Below are positions 44,530-57,616 of a stretch of 64,000 bases of DNA, piece after piece. The notes under the pieces were generated by a model. That model was not told the DNA's origin and ran no database searches. It was given only the letters and a program-made list of their open reading frames with translations. This DNA comes from an uncultured Gemmatimonadales bacterium. Lineage in GTDB: Bacteria; Gemmatimonadota; Gemmatimonadetes; Longimicrobiales; Gaopeijiaceae. A program made the translations under genes and the position numbers. The stretch covers positions 92,865 through 156,864 of the forward strand of contig CAWGKG010000011.1 of assembly GCA_963823035.1 (NCBI GenBank). Direction: 5' to 3'. How positions within the stretch are numbered: the stretch's first letter is position 1; each line of letters starts with the position of its first letter.

Positions 44530-44816
44530 GAGCGTCTCCTCCCGGCGATGCCGGTCGCAGACGGTTGGTGCAGCTCCCGTGTAGGGGGCACGTGCAGATC
44601 ACAACCTCGGACCACCGGCGCTCCAGTCGCAAGCCTAACACGGCGCCACGCCGCGGGGGACGGCTGCCGACCGCCGCGCCACAGCGCTGCAGAGGCATCC
44701 CGAAGTCGTGGCCGCGCAGCACGTTGGAAGCCACGACATGCTCAGGTGACGCTCGGGACACGGGCCTGTTTCATCGTGGCCCGTGTTCACATGTCGCGCG
44801 TCGACCGGAGGCTGAC

Positions 44817-45191
44817 ATGCACCTGCTCGCCCGCGTTTTCTTGCTTTCGACCACCGTGGGCTCGGTGGCGTGCTCGGGAGCGCTCGGTCCGAGGCCGACG
44901 CCGTATCCCGAGGTCGTCCACGTCGTGGTCGACAACCAGTACCCGGAGGACGTTCGTGTCTATCTCGTGCGCGGTGATACCCCGATCTTCGTCGGCACGG
45001 TGGGCAGCCTGGAGCGGCGGGACTTCTCGTTGGGCCCGGATCTGTTACCGCTCCTCACCGACGTCCGTCTAAAGGTGCGCGCAAGGGACGGGCGGACCTT
45101 CGCGGCCCCGGCGATGATGGTGGATCGAGGCCAAAAGGTGGTCTGGCGCCTGGGGACCGCCATGGGGTCGTCCGTGATCACGGTGCGCTGA
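44817..45191 (+). CDS. hypothetical lipoprotein (beta-rich)
   Basis: GGAGG RBS, signal ending SVAC, VVVDNQY..DVRVYLV. Confidence 0.65.
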   Translation: MHLLARVFLLSTTVGSVACSGALGPRPTPYPEVVHVVVDNQYPEDVRVYLVRGDTPIFVGTVGSLERRDFSLGPDLLPLLTDVRLKVRARDGRTFAAPAMMVDRGQKVVWRLGTAMGSSVITVR

Positions 45192-45293
45192 GTCGAAGCG
45201 GGGGTGGCGGGTCGCGTGCCCTTTGGACCCGATCGACGAGTCCTCCCAGTTGGGGGGACGTCGACCCGCCCTCCCACCTTCGACTCGACCCAC

Positions 45294-45326
45294 GGGGTTG
45301 ACCAGCCCGTACGCTACGTCGAAATT
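45294..45326 (+). promoter_or_regulatory. 28-bp direct repeat, right copy, containing the putative rplU promoter TTGACC-17-GAAATT
   Basis: -35 at 45298-45303, -10-like hexamer at 45321-45326, 46 nt before the rplU ATG. Confidence 0.6.
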
Positions 45327-45372
45327 TACAGGCTCTACACCCAAGAGATTCGCCCTAGATCGGGAATCCAGC

Positions 45373-45687
45373 ATGTACGCGGTGTTCCAGACCGGTGGAA
45401 AGCAGTTTCGGGCCGAGCCCGGCTCCAAACTGCGCATTCCCACCCTCGAGGCCGAGCCCGGCGACAAGGTGACGTTCGATCACGTCCTCCTCACGGGGGG
45501 CGAGGGCGACGTCGTGGTGGGCGAGCCCATGGTGGGCGGAGCGAGCGTCACGGCCGAGGTCATCCGTCACGGCCGCACGAAGAAGGTGATCGTGTTCAAG
45601 CGTAAGCGCCGCAAGGGTTACCGACGCAAGCAGGGACACCGACAGGGGTTCACGGAGATCAGGATCGACGAGGTCGCGCTCGCGTGA
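45373..45687 (+). CDS. rplU: 50S ribosomal protein L21
   Basis: [12 protein letters not shown]...[16 protein letters not shown]. Confidence 0.97.
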   Translation: MYAVFQTGGKQFRAEPGSKLRIPTLEAEPGDKVTFDHVLLTGGEGDVVVGEPMVGGASVTAEVIRHGRTKKVIVFKRKRRKGYRRKQGHRQGFTEIRIDEVALA

Positions 45688-45728
45688 GCGCGCCCCATCG
45701 ACTCCTCAAGAGCTGACGGGTACCGGCG

Positions 45729-45983
45729 ATGGCACATAAGAAAGGCGTGGGCTCGAGCCGCAACGGCCGGGACAGCAATCCCCAGTACCTCGGCGTGAAG
45801 CGCTACGGGGGCCAACCGGTCACGGCCGGCGGCATTCTCGTGCGCCAGCGTGGCACCCGTTTCCACCCCGGCCGCAACGTCGGCCGTGGCGGTGACGACA
45901 CCCTTTTCGCTCTGGTCGACGGCGTTGTGAAGTTCGAGCGCATGCGGCGCCGCCCGGTGGTTTCGGTCTACCCGGCCGAGTAG
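45729..45983 (+). CDS. rpmA: 50S ribosomal protein L27
   Basis: [16 protein letters not shown]...RQRGT..HPG.NVG.G.D.TLFA. Confidence 0.97.
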   Translation: MAHKKGVGSSRNGRDSNPQYLGVKRYGGQPVTAGGILVRQRGTRFHPGRNVGRGGDDTLFALVDGVVKFERMRRRPVVSVYPAE

Positions 45984-45997
45984 TTCCGTCCGTAGCA

Positions 45998-46044
45998 GGG
46001 GTCCGCTACCGCGGCTGTGACCGCGGAGCGGACCTCATCGTTTT
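45998..46044 (+). terminator. putative intrinsic terminator after rpmA
   Basis: GGGGTCCGCT-A-CCGCGG-CTGTGA-CCGCGG-AGCGGACCTC followed by ATCGTTTT. Confidence 0.55.
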
Positions 46045-46262
46045 ATCGGCGGTCCGGGAACACGATGATGCCTCGGCGGGTTTGAAACGTCGACATCTCT
46101 CGTGACCTGGAGGGCCCCTCAGGGGGCCTTGGGCGCCCGGAAGGCTACAGGGCGTTCCCTCCTCCTCACCCCGCTTCCACCCCATACGGGAACATGCACG
46201 CCGACGAATCCCCTCGCGGGATTCAGCCGTACGGTGTGGAGCGCCGAAGAAGGGAGGTGGAT

Positions 46263-47285
46263 ATGAGCACCTTGGCAACGCGCGGGCCCCGAGCCCGTCC
46301 GAATAGCACGACCGCCGGCTCGGCCGGCGTCGGGGCGACCGGCACCGGTCGGAAGCTCCTCCGGGCCCTCCCGCTTCTCCTGGCACTGTTTCCCGTCCTC
46401 GGATGGGTGGATGCCAAGAGGGTGGACGAGGCCCGCGACGAGGTGACTCTCACGGGCCCTCTGGCGGCCGCAGTCGTGGGAAGCACCCTCCCTCTGCACG
46501 TGAACGAACGTGTGGATCGATGGGTGAGGCGGTTCCGCACCGACCAGCGCTCGGCGTTCCAGACGCTCCTGCAGCGACAGGGCGCCTACGACGCGATCAT
46601 CCGCAAGAAGCTTCGTGACCGGGGAATGCCGGAGGAGCTTCTGTACATGGCGATGATGGAGTCGGGCCTCTCGCCCCGGGCCGTTTCGTCCGCCTCCGCC
46701 GTCGGACTGTGGCAGTTCATGGTGCCGACCGCCCAGCAGTACGGGCTGCGCGTGGACGAGTGGGTGGACGAGCGACGGGATCCCGTGCGGGCGACCAACG
46801 CCGCGTTGGACTACCTCGCGTGGCTCCACGACCGCTACGGCTCCTGGTACCTGGCGGCCGCGGCGTACAACGCGGGTCCGGGTACGGTGGACCGCGTCCT
46901 GAACCGTCACGCGGACGGGCGTACCGGGGACGAGGACCTGTACTGGGAGGTGCTGGAGTATCTCCCGCGGGAAACGCGCGACTACGTGCCGCGGCTGGTG
47001 GCGGCGACGTTGCTGGCCGAGGACGCGGAGCGTGAGGGCTTCGACGTGGTGGGCGCGGGCCCTTACCGCTACGATCGTGTGTTCGTGCCGGGTGGCACGT
47101 CCCTCTGGCGGGTCGCGCGCGCGCTCGAGGTCGAGCCGAGGGTCCTCTACGGGCTCAACCCCCATCTGGTGAAGGGGGTCACGCCTCCGAACGAGACGTA
47201 TCCTATCCGCGTGCCCGTCGGGACGTCGGCCGTCGTGGTCGCGTCGGTCGGTCGGGCCGGGCGCACGCGGCGCGCGGACGACTGA
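46263..47285 (+). CDS. MltD-like lytic transglycosylase (SLT + LysM-like C-terminus)
   Basis: MMESG, AVGLWQF, DERRDP, AAYNAG, ETRDYVP, LNP.L. Confidence 0.9.
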   Translation: MSTLATRGPRARPNSTTAGSAGVGATGTGRKLLRALPLLLALFPVLGWVDAKRVDEARDEVTLTGPLAAAVVGSTLPLHVNERVDRWVRRFRTDQRSAFQTLLQRQGAYDAIIRKKLRDRGMPEELLYMAMMESGLSPRAVSSASAVGLWQFMVPTAQQYGLRVDEWVDERRDPVRATNAALDYLAWLHDRYGSWYLAAAAYNAGPGTVDRVLNRHADGRTGDEDLYWEVLEYLPRETRDYVPRLVAATLLAEDAEREGFDVVGAGPYRYDRVFVPGGTSLWRVARALEVEPRVLYGLNPHLVKGVTPPNETYPIRVPVGTSAVVVASVGRAGRTRRADD

Positions 47286-47307
47286 CGCCGACCCGAGGGT
47301 CGGGGGC

Positions 47308-47636
47308 TCAGCCCTCGGTCCCGGGAACGCCTTCGGCAGGTGGGAGGGGCGGGCCCCATCGGGTCCGCCCCTCCTGTGCGTCCCGAGCCGACGCGATGAT
47401 CCGCCAGAGGATGTCGCGGACGGCTTCCTCGTCCACCCCCGCCTCTCGCGCCAGCGCGGCCGCGCGCCGGACCACGCGCGCCTCCTGTGGCGGGTCGAGC
47501 ACCGGCAGCCCGAGCGCCTCCTTCAGCTGTCCGATCTCCAGCACCACGTCGCGTCGCTCTCCCACCATCCGGACGAGCGTCTCGTCCAGCTCCCTGATGC
47601 GGGCGCGCAGCGTCTCCAACCGCTCGACGGCGTCCA

Positions 47637-47637
<1 letters not shown>
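47308..47637 (-). CDS. AroQ-type chorismate mutase
   Basis: LRARIRELD..LV....R......IG.LK...PVLDP.QE. Confidence 0.8.
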
Positions 47638-49123
<1,486 letters not shown>

Positions 49124-49124
<1 letters not shown>

Positions 49125-49345
49125 CAGCGGGTGCCTCCGTCACGGTAGCGCCGCTCGACACGGTCGAGGAGCCACAGGACCAGCACGGACACGGCGATCC
49201 AGGCGGCGTCCCAGAAGAAGGCGAAGGGAAGGCCGAGCACCATGGGACGGATGCGCGACGCGGGGAGCATGCCTGGCCAGGTGACCGCAACGGCCATGGC
49301 CGTGAAGTAGGCGCCCGTGAGGACGCGCGCGGACCGGAGGCTCAT
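49124..49345 (-). CDS. DUF3311-like small membrane partner of the symporter
   Basis: P.VLGLPF.FFW..W; start/stop overlap with the symporter. Confidence 0.75.
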
Positions 49346-49514
49346 CGCAGCGCTCCCACGGGGTTCCGGCGAAGCCCGGGAACGGGGGGGCGGCCCATGG
49401 AATCCTCCGCGAGGCTCTGGGTGCGCATGCGGACGGCGGACCGTCCGGGACGGGGCATCCTACAGCCCTACCGCGCGTCGTGCGAGGCCGCGCGCGCGCA
49501 ACCCGGGGCTCGGA

Positions 49515-49928
49515 TCAGCCTTCGACCCAGGAGACCACGTACCGCACCAGCTCCTCCGAGCAGACGAGTCGGCCGGTTCCGGCGACGAAGCCGTGCTCGG
49601 CCATGCGTGCGTCGGGCCGCGTGAGCTGGACGGTCAGGCGACCACCGCGCGGGTCCTCGCATCGGTAGTCGAGCGGGCGCCACGCCACCTCGAGGGGGAG
49701 GCCCGCCTGCCAGAGCACGGTGAGCACGCTGTCGGGCCGGACGTCGGCCAGGTCGTACTCCCACGTCCGATCGGGGTCGGGCTGGACCGAGCTCGATCGC
49801 ACGACCGCGGAGTCGATGCGGATCGCCTGCAGGGTGCCCGGGTCGTCGCAGCCGTGCACGCTCGCGAATGCAGCGACCAGGCCGAAGAGGCCCGCGAAGG
49901 TCGCGGGGATGGGGCGCGTCCTACTCAT
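49515..49928 (-). CDS. hypothetical lipoprotein
   Basis: GGAGG RBS, signal ...FASVHGC. Confidence 0.55.
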   Translation of the reverse strand: MSRTRPIPATFAGLFGLVAAFASVHGCDDPGTLQAIRIDSAVVRSSSVQPDPDRTWEYDLADVRPDSVLTVLWQAGLPLEVAWRPLDYRCEDPRGGRLTVQLTRPDARMAEHGFVAGTGRLVCSEELVRYVVSWVEG

Positions 49929-50014
49929 GGGGACCCTCCCGGAGTCCGGGGATCCGTACGTCGGGGACACCCCGAAGAACGATCGAGGCGGGGCCAAGCT
50001 GACGACCGTGGGCG

Positions 50015-50803
50015 TCAGCGTCCCTCGAACTTCGGTTTGCGCTTCTCCACGAAGGCGCGTACGCCCTCGCGCCCGTCCTCGCTGCCGAAGGCGGCGAGGA
50101 ACAGCTCCTTCTCGTACTCCATCCCTGCGCGGAGGGGCATCTCGAAGGCGGCGTTCACCGCCTGCTTGGCGAGCCGCAGCGCCACCGGGCTCCAGCGCGC
50201 CATGCGCCCCGCCAACTCGAGCGCGGTGTCGAGGTGGCGGCCCTCGTCGACCAGCACGTCGACCAGGCCGATGCGGTGCGCCTCCTCCGCCTCGACGAAG
50301 TCGCCCGTGCAGGAGATCAGCATCGCCTGCCCGCGGCCCACGAGGCGCGCGAGGCGCTGGGTACCGCCGCCGCCGGGGATGAGTCCGATGCGCACCTCGG
50401 CCTGGCTGAAGCGGGCCGTGCGGTCCGCGATGCGCACGTCGCACGCGAGGGCGAGCTCCGAGCCCCCGCCGATGCAGAAGCCGTGCACGGCCGCGAGGAC
50501 CGGCTTCGGGAAGTCCGACAGCGTCTCGTAGATCCGCCGGCGCGCATAGACCGCCCGCTGCTCCATCGGCGTGCGCGCCGCGAACTCCGTGATGTCCGCG
50601 CCCGCCACGAACGCCTTGTCGCCGGCCCCGTGCAGGACCACCACCCGCACGGCGTCGTCCGCGGCCAGCGCGTCGAACGTCTCCAACAGGAGGCCGCGCA
50701 CCTCCGCGTTGAGCGCGTTCAGCTTGTCGGGGCGGTTGAGCGTGACGACGGCGACTCCGTCGTCACGCCTCTCGACGAGGACCGGGGACTCCGACGCGCT
50801 CAT
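50015..50803 (-). CDS. enoyl-CoA hydratase (PaaF/Crt-like)
   Basis: [22 protein letters not shown]...[11 protein letters not shown]. Confidence 0.92.
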   Translation of the reverse strand: MSASESPVLVERRDDGVAVVTLNRPDKLNALNAEVRGLLLETFDALAADDAVRVVVLHGAGDKAFVAGADITEFAARTPMEQRAVYARRRIYETLSDFPKPVLAAVHGFCIGGGSELALACDVRIADRTARFSQAEVRIGLIPGGGGTQRLARLVGRGQAMLISCTGDFVEAEEAHRIGLVDVLVDEGRHLDTALELAGRMARWSPVALRLAKQAVNAAFEMPLRAGMEYEKELFLAAFGSEDGREGVRAFVEKRKPKFEGR

Positions 50804-50807
50804 CGCT

Positions 50808-51664
50808 TCACTCGCTCCAGTCGTAGAAGCCCCGCCCGCTCTTCTTCCCGAGCCTGCCCTCGGCCACCATGCGGCGGAGCAGCTCCGGCGGACGGAAGGC
50901 GTCGCTGCCCAGCGTCTCGTGCAGGTACTCGGCGATGCCGAGGCGCACGTCGAGCCCCACCAGATCGGTGAGCTTCAGCGGCCCCATCGGGTGCCGGTAG
51001 CCCAGCTCCATCGCCTTGTCGATGTCCTCGGGGGTTGCCACTTCCTCCTCCACCATGCGGATCGCCTCCATGCCGAGGACGATCCCGAGCCGCGACGAGG
51101 CGAAGCCCGGGGCGTCCTTCACCAACACCGGCTCCTTCCCGAGGCGCCGCACGAAGGCGACCGCCGCCAGGCGGGAGGCGTCCGAGGTGTCGGGGCCCCA
51201 CACCACCTCCACCAGCTTCATGATGTGGACGGGGTTGAAGAAGTGGAGGCCGAGGAAACGGCTCGGGTCCGCGACGGCGCGTGCGATGCGCTCGATCGAC
51301 AGGGAGGAGGTGTTCGTCGCGAGCAGCGCGTGGCCGGGGGCGGCCGCGTCCACCTCGCCGAAGATGCGGCCCTTGAGGTCGATCGACTCGGGCGCGGCCT
51401 CGACCACGAGGTCCACGCCCGTGACGGCGTCCGCGATCGACGTCGTGGTGCGCACGCGGGCCAGCGCGGCGTCGCGCTCGGCGGCGTCCACCTTCCCCAG
51501 CTCCACGCCCTTGTCGAGGTTGGCGCGGATGCGCGCCGCCCCGTTGTCGACGGCCTGCCCGTCGATGTCCTGCAGCGCCACGGCGCACCCGGCTGCCGCG
51601 CACACCTGCGCGATGCCATGCCCCATCGTACCCGCGCCGAGCACGGCGACCCGCTCGATCTCGC

Positions 51665-51668
<4 letters not shown>
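50808..51668 (-). CDS. 3-hydroxyacyl-CoA dehydrogenase
   Basis: GAGTMG.GIA, EA.PE, NTSS, GLHFFNP, HPMGP, LGKKSG.GFY. Confidence 0.93.
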
Positions 51669-52862
<1,194 letters not shown>

Positions 52863-52882
52863 TGTGGCTCCTCTCTGTCTCT

Positions 52883-54337
52883 CTACCGGTCCAGGGCGAC
52901 CCAGACGCTCTTCACCTGCGTGTACTTCTCGAGCGCCGCCGCCCAACCCAGGTCCCGGCCGAAGCCGCTCTGCTTGTAGCCACCGAAGGGGGAGGCGGAG
53001 TCGTACTGGTTGTAGGTGTTGATCCATACCGTTCCGGCCTGGATCTCCGCGGCCATCCGATGCGCCTTCCCGACGTCGCGTGTCCAGATGCCGGCGGCCA
53101 GCCCGTAGATCGTCTGGTTGGCCTTGGCGATGGCGTCGTCGAGGTCGTCGAAGGGGATCACCGCGGCGACCGGGCCGAAGATCTCCTCCTGCGCGATCCG
53201 CATGGAGGGATCGACGTCCGCGAAGACCGTGGCGGTCACGAAGTTGCCGCGGCCGTTCACGGAGGTGCGCTCCCCGCCGGTCACCAGGCGGGCACCCTCG
53301 CTCTTCCCGGACTCGATGTAGCCCATGACCCGGTCGAGCTGCTCCTCCGTGACGATGGCGCCGAGGCGGGTCTTCTCGTCCATCGGGTCGCCCACCGTCA
53401 TCTGCTGCGCCCGCCCGGCGAACTGCTCGACGAAGTCCTCGTAGACGGCCCGCTCCACCAGCACGCGCGAGCCCGCGGCGCACACCTCTCCCTTCCCGTA
53501 GAAGATCCCCGTGGAGGCCCCGCGCACCGCGCTCTTCAGCTCGGCGTCCGCGAACACCACGTTCGGTGACTTCCCTCCGAGCTCGAGGGACACCTTCTTC
53601 AGCGTGTCCGCCGCCTCGCGCATGACGATCTTCCCCACCTCGGTCGAGCCGGTGAAGGCGATCGCGTCCACGCCCGGGTGCTTCACGAGGGCGGAGCCCG
53701 CCGTGGGCCCGAAGCCGGGCACCACGTTCAGGACGCCCGAAGGGAAGCCCACCTCCGCGGCCAGCTCCCCGAGCCTGAGCGCGGTCAGGGGTGTCTGCTC
53801 GGCCGGCTTGAGCACGACGCAGTTCCCGCACGCGAGGGCGGGCGCGACCTTCCACGCCGCCAGCGACAGGGGGAAGTTCCACGGCGTGATGATGCCGACC
53901 ACGCCGAGCGGCTCGCGGCGGGTGTAGTTGAAGAACGGTCCTGCCACGGGGATGGTCTCGCCCTGCACCTTGTCCGCCATCCCCGCGAAGTAGCGGAAGT
54001 TCTCCACCACGCTCGGCAGGTCCACCTTGCGCGACTCGAAGTAGGGCTTGCCGTTGTCGGCCGTCTCGAGCCGGGCGAGCTCGTCCGCGTTGGCCTCGAG
54101 CGCGTCGGCGAGCTTCCACATCAGCTGGGCGCGCCGGTGCGGGTTCATCTGGCGCCAGGCCTTCGCGGCGCAGGCGTCCCGGGCCGCGCCGACGGCGATG
54201 TCCACGTCGGCCGCGCGCCCTTCGGCCACCTCGGCGATGACCTCGCCGGTGGCCGGGTTCCGGGTGGCGAAGGTGGCGCCCGCCTCGGCGTCGGCCCAGG
54301 CGTTGGCGATCCAGAGGCGATCGGGGATGTCACTCAT
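52883..54337 (-). CDS. NAD-dependent aldehyde dehydrogenase
   Basis: PWNFP, KPAE, FTGST, LELGGK, GEVC, EEIFGP, PFGG.KQSG.GR. Confidence 0.95.
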   Translation of the reverse strand: MSDIPDRLWIANAWADAEAGATFATRNPATGEVIAEVAEGRAADVDIAVGAARDACAAKAWRQMNPHRRAQLMWKLADALEANADELARLETADNGKPYFESRKVDLPSVVENFRYFAGMADKVQGETIPVAGPFFNYTRREPLGVVGIITPWNFPLSLAAWKVAPALACGNCVVLKPAEQTPLTALRLGELAAEVGFPSGVLNVVPGFGPTAGSALVKHPGVDAIAFTGSTEVGKIVMREAADTLKKVSLELGGKSPNVVFADAELKSAVRGASTGIFYGKGEVCAAGSRVLVERAVYEDFVEQFAGRAQQMTVGDPMDEKTRLGAIVTEEQLDRVMGYIESGKSEGARLVTGGERTSVNGRGNFVTATVFADVDPSMRIAQEEIFGPVAAVIPFDDLDDAIAKANQTIYGLAAGIWTRDVGKAHRMAAEIQAGTVWINTYNQYDSASPFGGYKQSGFGRDLGWAAALEKYTQVKSVWVALDR

Positions 54338-54367
54338 CGGCGGGATGGGTGGGGGGAACTCGGGACG

Positions 54368-54407
54368 AAGAAGCGGGGCCCGGAGCGTTCCGGACCCCGC
54401 CTCTTCG
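54368..54407 (-). terminator. GC-rich intergenic hairpin (terminator or stability element)
   Basis: GAAGAAGCGGGGCCCGGA-GCGT-TCCGGACCCCGCCTCTTC. Confidence 0.5.
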
Positions 54408-54418
54408 CGCGCATGGGC

Positions 54419-55219
54419 TCAGCGCCCCTTGAACTGCGCCGGGCGCTTCTCGATGTAGGCGGCCAGGCCTTCCTTCGCGTCCTCGCTGGCGAAGAGCTGC
54501 TGCTGCAGCTCTCGCTCGAGCGTCAGGGCCAGCTCGAAGGGGAGCTCCGCGCCCGTCTGGACGGAACGCTTGATGAGCCCCACCGCCTTCGTGGCCTTCG
54601 CGGGCGTCGTGAACTGGGCCGCGTACGCCAGGACCTTCTCGAGGAAGTCGTCGCGGCTGTCGGCCTCGAAGACCTTGTTCACGAGCCCGAGCTGCTGCGC
54701 CGTGTCGAAGTCGAACGTCGTGCCCTCGGCCATCAGCTCGATCGCGCGCGCCTTGCCGACGATGCGCACCAGCCGCTGCGTGCCGCCCGTGCCCGGAAGC
54801 ACGCCGAGCGAGACCTCGGGGAGGCCCACCTTGCCGGCACCCTTCCTCGCGATGCGGAGGTCCGCCGCCATCGCGATCTCGAGCCCCCCGCCGACCGTGT
54901 GCCCGTTGAGCGCGCCGATCACCAGCTTGGGGGTGTGCTCCAGGCGATTCAGCGTCTCGTTCGCATGCAGGCAGAAGCAGTACTTGAAGCCGGGGGTGAC
55001 CGAGTTCAGCATGCCGATGTTCGCGCCGGCGCAGAAGAACTTCTCGCCGGCGCCGGTGATGACGATCACCTCGACGTTGTCGGCGAAACGGGCCCGCACG
55101 ATGGCGGTGTCGAGCTGGGCCATCATCTCGTGCGTGTACGTGTTCGCGGGCGGGTCGTCGAGCGTGAGGATCGCGATCTTGTCACGCTCCTCGTATCGGA
55201 CAAGGACCTTCTCGGACAT
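54419..55219 (-). CDS. enoyl-CoA hydratase/isomerase family protein
   Basis: PPAN, FCAGANI, GGGLEIA, PEV.LG.LPGTGGTQRL. Confidence 0.9.
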   Translation of the reverse strand: MSEKVLVRYEERDKIAILTLDDPPANTYTHEMMAQLDTAIVRARFADNVEVIVITGAGEKFFCAGANIGMLNSVTPGFKYCFCLHANETLNRLEHTPKLVIGALNGHTVGGGLEIAMAADLRIARKGAGKVGLPEVSLGVLPGTGGTQRLVRIVGKARAIELMAEGTTFDFDTAQQLGLVNKVFEADSRDDFLEKVLAYAAQFTTPAKATKAVGLIKRSVQTGAELPFELALTLERELQQQLFASEDAKEGLAAYIEKRPAQFKGR

Positions 55220-55273
55220 CGGGTCTCCCGGGTCGGCGTTTTGCTTGCGTTCGGTCGGCGAGCGGCGGGCGAA

Positions 55274-55303
55274 AGCTTATCCGGGCACGCACCGCAAGGT
55301 CAA
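55274..55303 (-). promoter_or_regulatory. sigma70-like promoter TTGACC-18-TAAGCT for the beta-oxidation operon
   Basis: Hexamer match about 55 nt upstream of the ATG at 55219. Confidence 0.5.
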
Positions 55304-55347
55304 GCAGATCTGGCGCCGCGAGCCGGTTGTGGCGATCGTCCTTGGAT

Positions 55348-56121
55348 ATGGTCTCTTCGCGTACCCCTGAAGCGCTCGTCGTTCCTCCTCCCGCGCAACG
55401 CTCGCGTCGGACCGGGGCGCGCGCCGTGCTCTGCCTCCTCGGCGCGCTCGGAGCCTCGGCCTGCCAGGACGCGCTCACGGACCCGATGGTCGGGGTCGTG
55501 GCCGGGGAGTCGGAGGGAGCGCTCGCGCTCGGGGTGTCGCTTCCCGATCCCGCCCGACTGACGCCGGAGCAGGGTCTTTCCATGGAGGGCACACGGGCGC
55601 TCGACGCCTGGAGGACCTCCTGGTCGCTGACCCTCGACGCGGGGCATGCGGCCCGCGAAGCCGCGTACGGGCCCCTGGCGCGTGCGCTGGCGCCGACGCT
55701 GGAGGCCGAGCGGGTGGAAGAGGCCCTGTCCCGCCTGACCGTCGGGGTGGCGAACGCTCGCGCGATCGCGACCGACGACCTTCCGCCTCGGCTCTCGCAG
55801 GGGGTGGAGGAGGCGGCGACCTCCAGCGCCGCGGCCGTGGCGGCGTGGGACCGCGGTGACGCCGCGGGCGCCGTGGAGGAGATCTTCCGTGGGGGAGACG
55901 CGCTGCGCGAGGTGGGGCCGGAGGCGGTGGCGCGCGCGCTTCAGCGGGAGGTGGAAGCGGCGTTTGGAAGGGTTTCGGAGGGCGGGCCGTATTCGGAAAA
56001 GGACCTGGAGCGCCTCACCCGCCTCGTGCACGGGGGTCGGGATGCGCTCGCCGAGGGCTCCTGGGTCCTCGCGATCCGGAGGGCCTACTACGCAAGGGCC
56101 CTCCTGCACGGAAACGACTAG
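55348..56121 (+). CDS. hypothetical alpha-helical lipoprotein
   Basis: LGALGASAC lipobox-like motif, GC3-rich frame. Confidence 0.6.
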   Translation: MVSSRTPEALVVPPPAQRSRRTGARAVLCLLGALGASACQDALTDPMVGVVAGESEGALALGVSLPDPARLTPEQGLSMEGTRALDAWRTSWSLTLDAGHAAREAAYGPLARALAPTLEAERVEEALSRLTVGVANARAIATDDLPPRLSQGVEEAATSSAAAVAAWDRGDAAGAVEEIFRGGDALREVGPEAVARALQREVEAAFGRVSEGGPYSEKDLERLTRLVHGGRDALAEGSWVLAIRRAYYARALLHGND

Positions 56122-56233
56122 CCGGTCGGTCCTTCGACCGCTCCGGTCATCCCGATCGAGCGGAGCCGTGAAGGGTATCGATCGCCGCCACCCTCGACGC
56201 GCACGCGGCTCGTAGCACTCCGGGAGGAGCCTC

Positions 56234-57587
56234 ATGATTCGCCGAAATCCGGGCCTGTCGGCCACTCTGGCCCTTCTCGTCCTGGGCGTGGCGGCGCCGT
56301 CGGTGGCCGCCCAGCAGGGTCCGGTGTACCGCCTGGCCGTGACGGGCACGATCGAGCTGGGCCTCGCGCCCTTCATCGAACGCGGCCTGGAGGAGGCTCG
56401 CGCCGCGGGCGCCCGCGCCGTGATCCTCGACATCGACACCCCCGGCGGGCGCGTCGACGCCGCCGAGCGGATCTCGGACGCGATCGGTGACGCCGGCCTT
56501 CCCGTCTACGCGCTGGTGAACCGGCGTGCGTTCTCCGCGGGCGCCCTCATCGCGATCTCCACGGGGCGGGTCTACATGCGTCCCGGTTCGGTGATCGGGG
56601 CCGCGACCCCGGTCGACGGCTCCGGGCACAAGGCGCCGGAGAAGGTCGTCTCCGCCATGCGCTCCGAGATGCGCGCGCTCGCCGAGGCCCACGGCCTGGA
56701 TCCGATGGTCGCCGAGGCGATGGTGGACGAGGACGTCGCCATCGACGGCATCGTGGAGAGCGGCAAGCTGCTGACGCTCACCACCGAGGAGGCGGTGGAC
56801 ATCGGCTACGCGCGAGAGGTGGACGACTTCGACGGTCTGCTCGCCGCCACCGGTCTCGCGGGCGCGACCGTGGTGGACGTCCAGGTGAACTGGGCCGAGC
56901 GGGCGGTGCGGTTCCTGTCGAACCCGATCGTCGCGCCCTTCCTCCTCTCGCTCGGCTTCCTCGGCCTGATCGCCGAGATCAAGACGCCCACGTTCGGGAT
57001 GGCCGGCGTGGCGGGGCTCCTCGCGCTGGCGCTCTTCTTCGGCTCGCACCTCATCGTCGGGCTCGCCGGGCTGGAGGACGTGATCCTCTTTGCCGCGGGG
57101 CTCGTCCTCCTGGGTGTGGAGGTGTTCGTGATCCCGGGCTTCGGGATCTTCGGCATCCTCGGCGGCGCCGGAGTCGTCGGGGGCCTGTACATGGCCATGC
57201 TGGGCGGGCTCCCCACCGCGCCGGACTTCACGCGCGCGGGGATGGTCCTGTCCAGCACGATCCTGATCATCCTGGTCCTCGCCTGGACGTTCGTGCGCAC
57301 CCTGCCCGGGAACGGCCGGCTGGCGCGGAGCGGGATCTTCCTCGCTTCACGCACGGACCGTGACACGGGGTGGGAGTCGGCGCCTCAACGCGCCGACCTC
57401 GTGGGCCGGGAGGGCACCGCCATCACCGATCTGCAGGCCTTCGGGCACGGCGCTGGTCGGCGACGAGCGGCTCGACGTCGTCTCCGAGTCCGAGTGGATC
57501 CAGGCCGGGACCCCCATCCGCGTGGTCAGCGCGGAGGGGTACCGGCACGTGGTTCGACCGCTGCCCCGCCTCGACGGCCAAGGCTAG
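56234..57587 (+). CDS. nfeD: NfeD-family membrane serine protease (YqeZ-like); frameshift near 57435
   Basis: DTPGG, AFSAGA, IGAA, EK..S, LLTLT; C-terminal OB fold G..G.A.TDL.PSG..G.E.LDV. Confidence 0.88.
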
Positions 57588-57616
57588 CGAACCCCCCATC
57601 CGAGAGGATTCGGATC

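Noticed and set aside
44700..44790. SARP-type direct-repeat binding site upstream of the island lipoprotein
   Set aside because: Only a weak GGTGAC/GGACAC similarity, not distinguishable from chance.
45984..46262. c-di-AMP (ydaO) riboswitch upstream of the transglycosylase
   Set aside because: The conserved ydaO sequence blocks are not recognisable; kept only as a generic structured-leader candidate.
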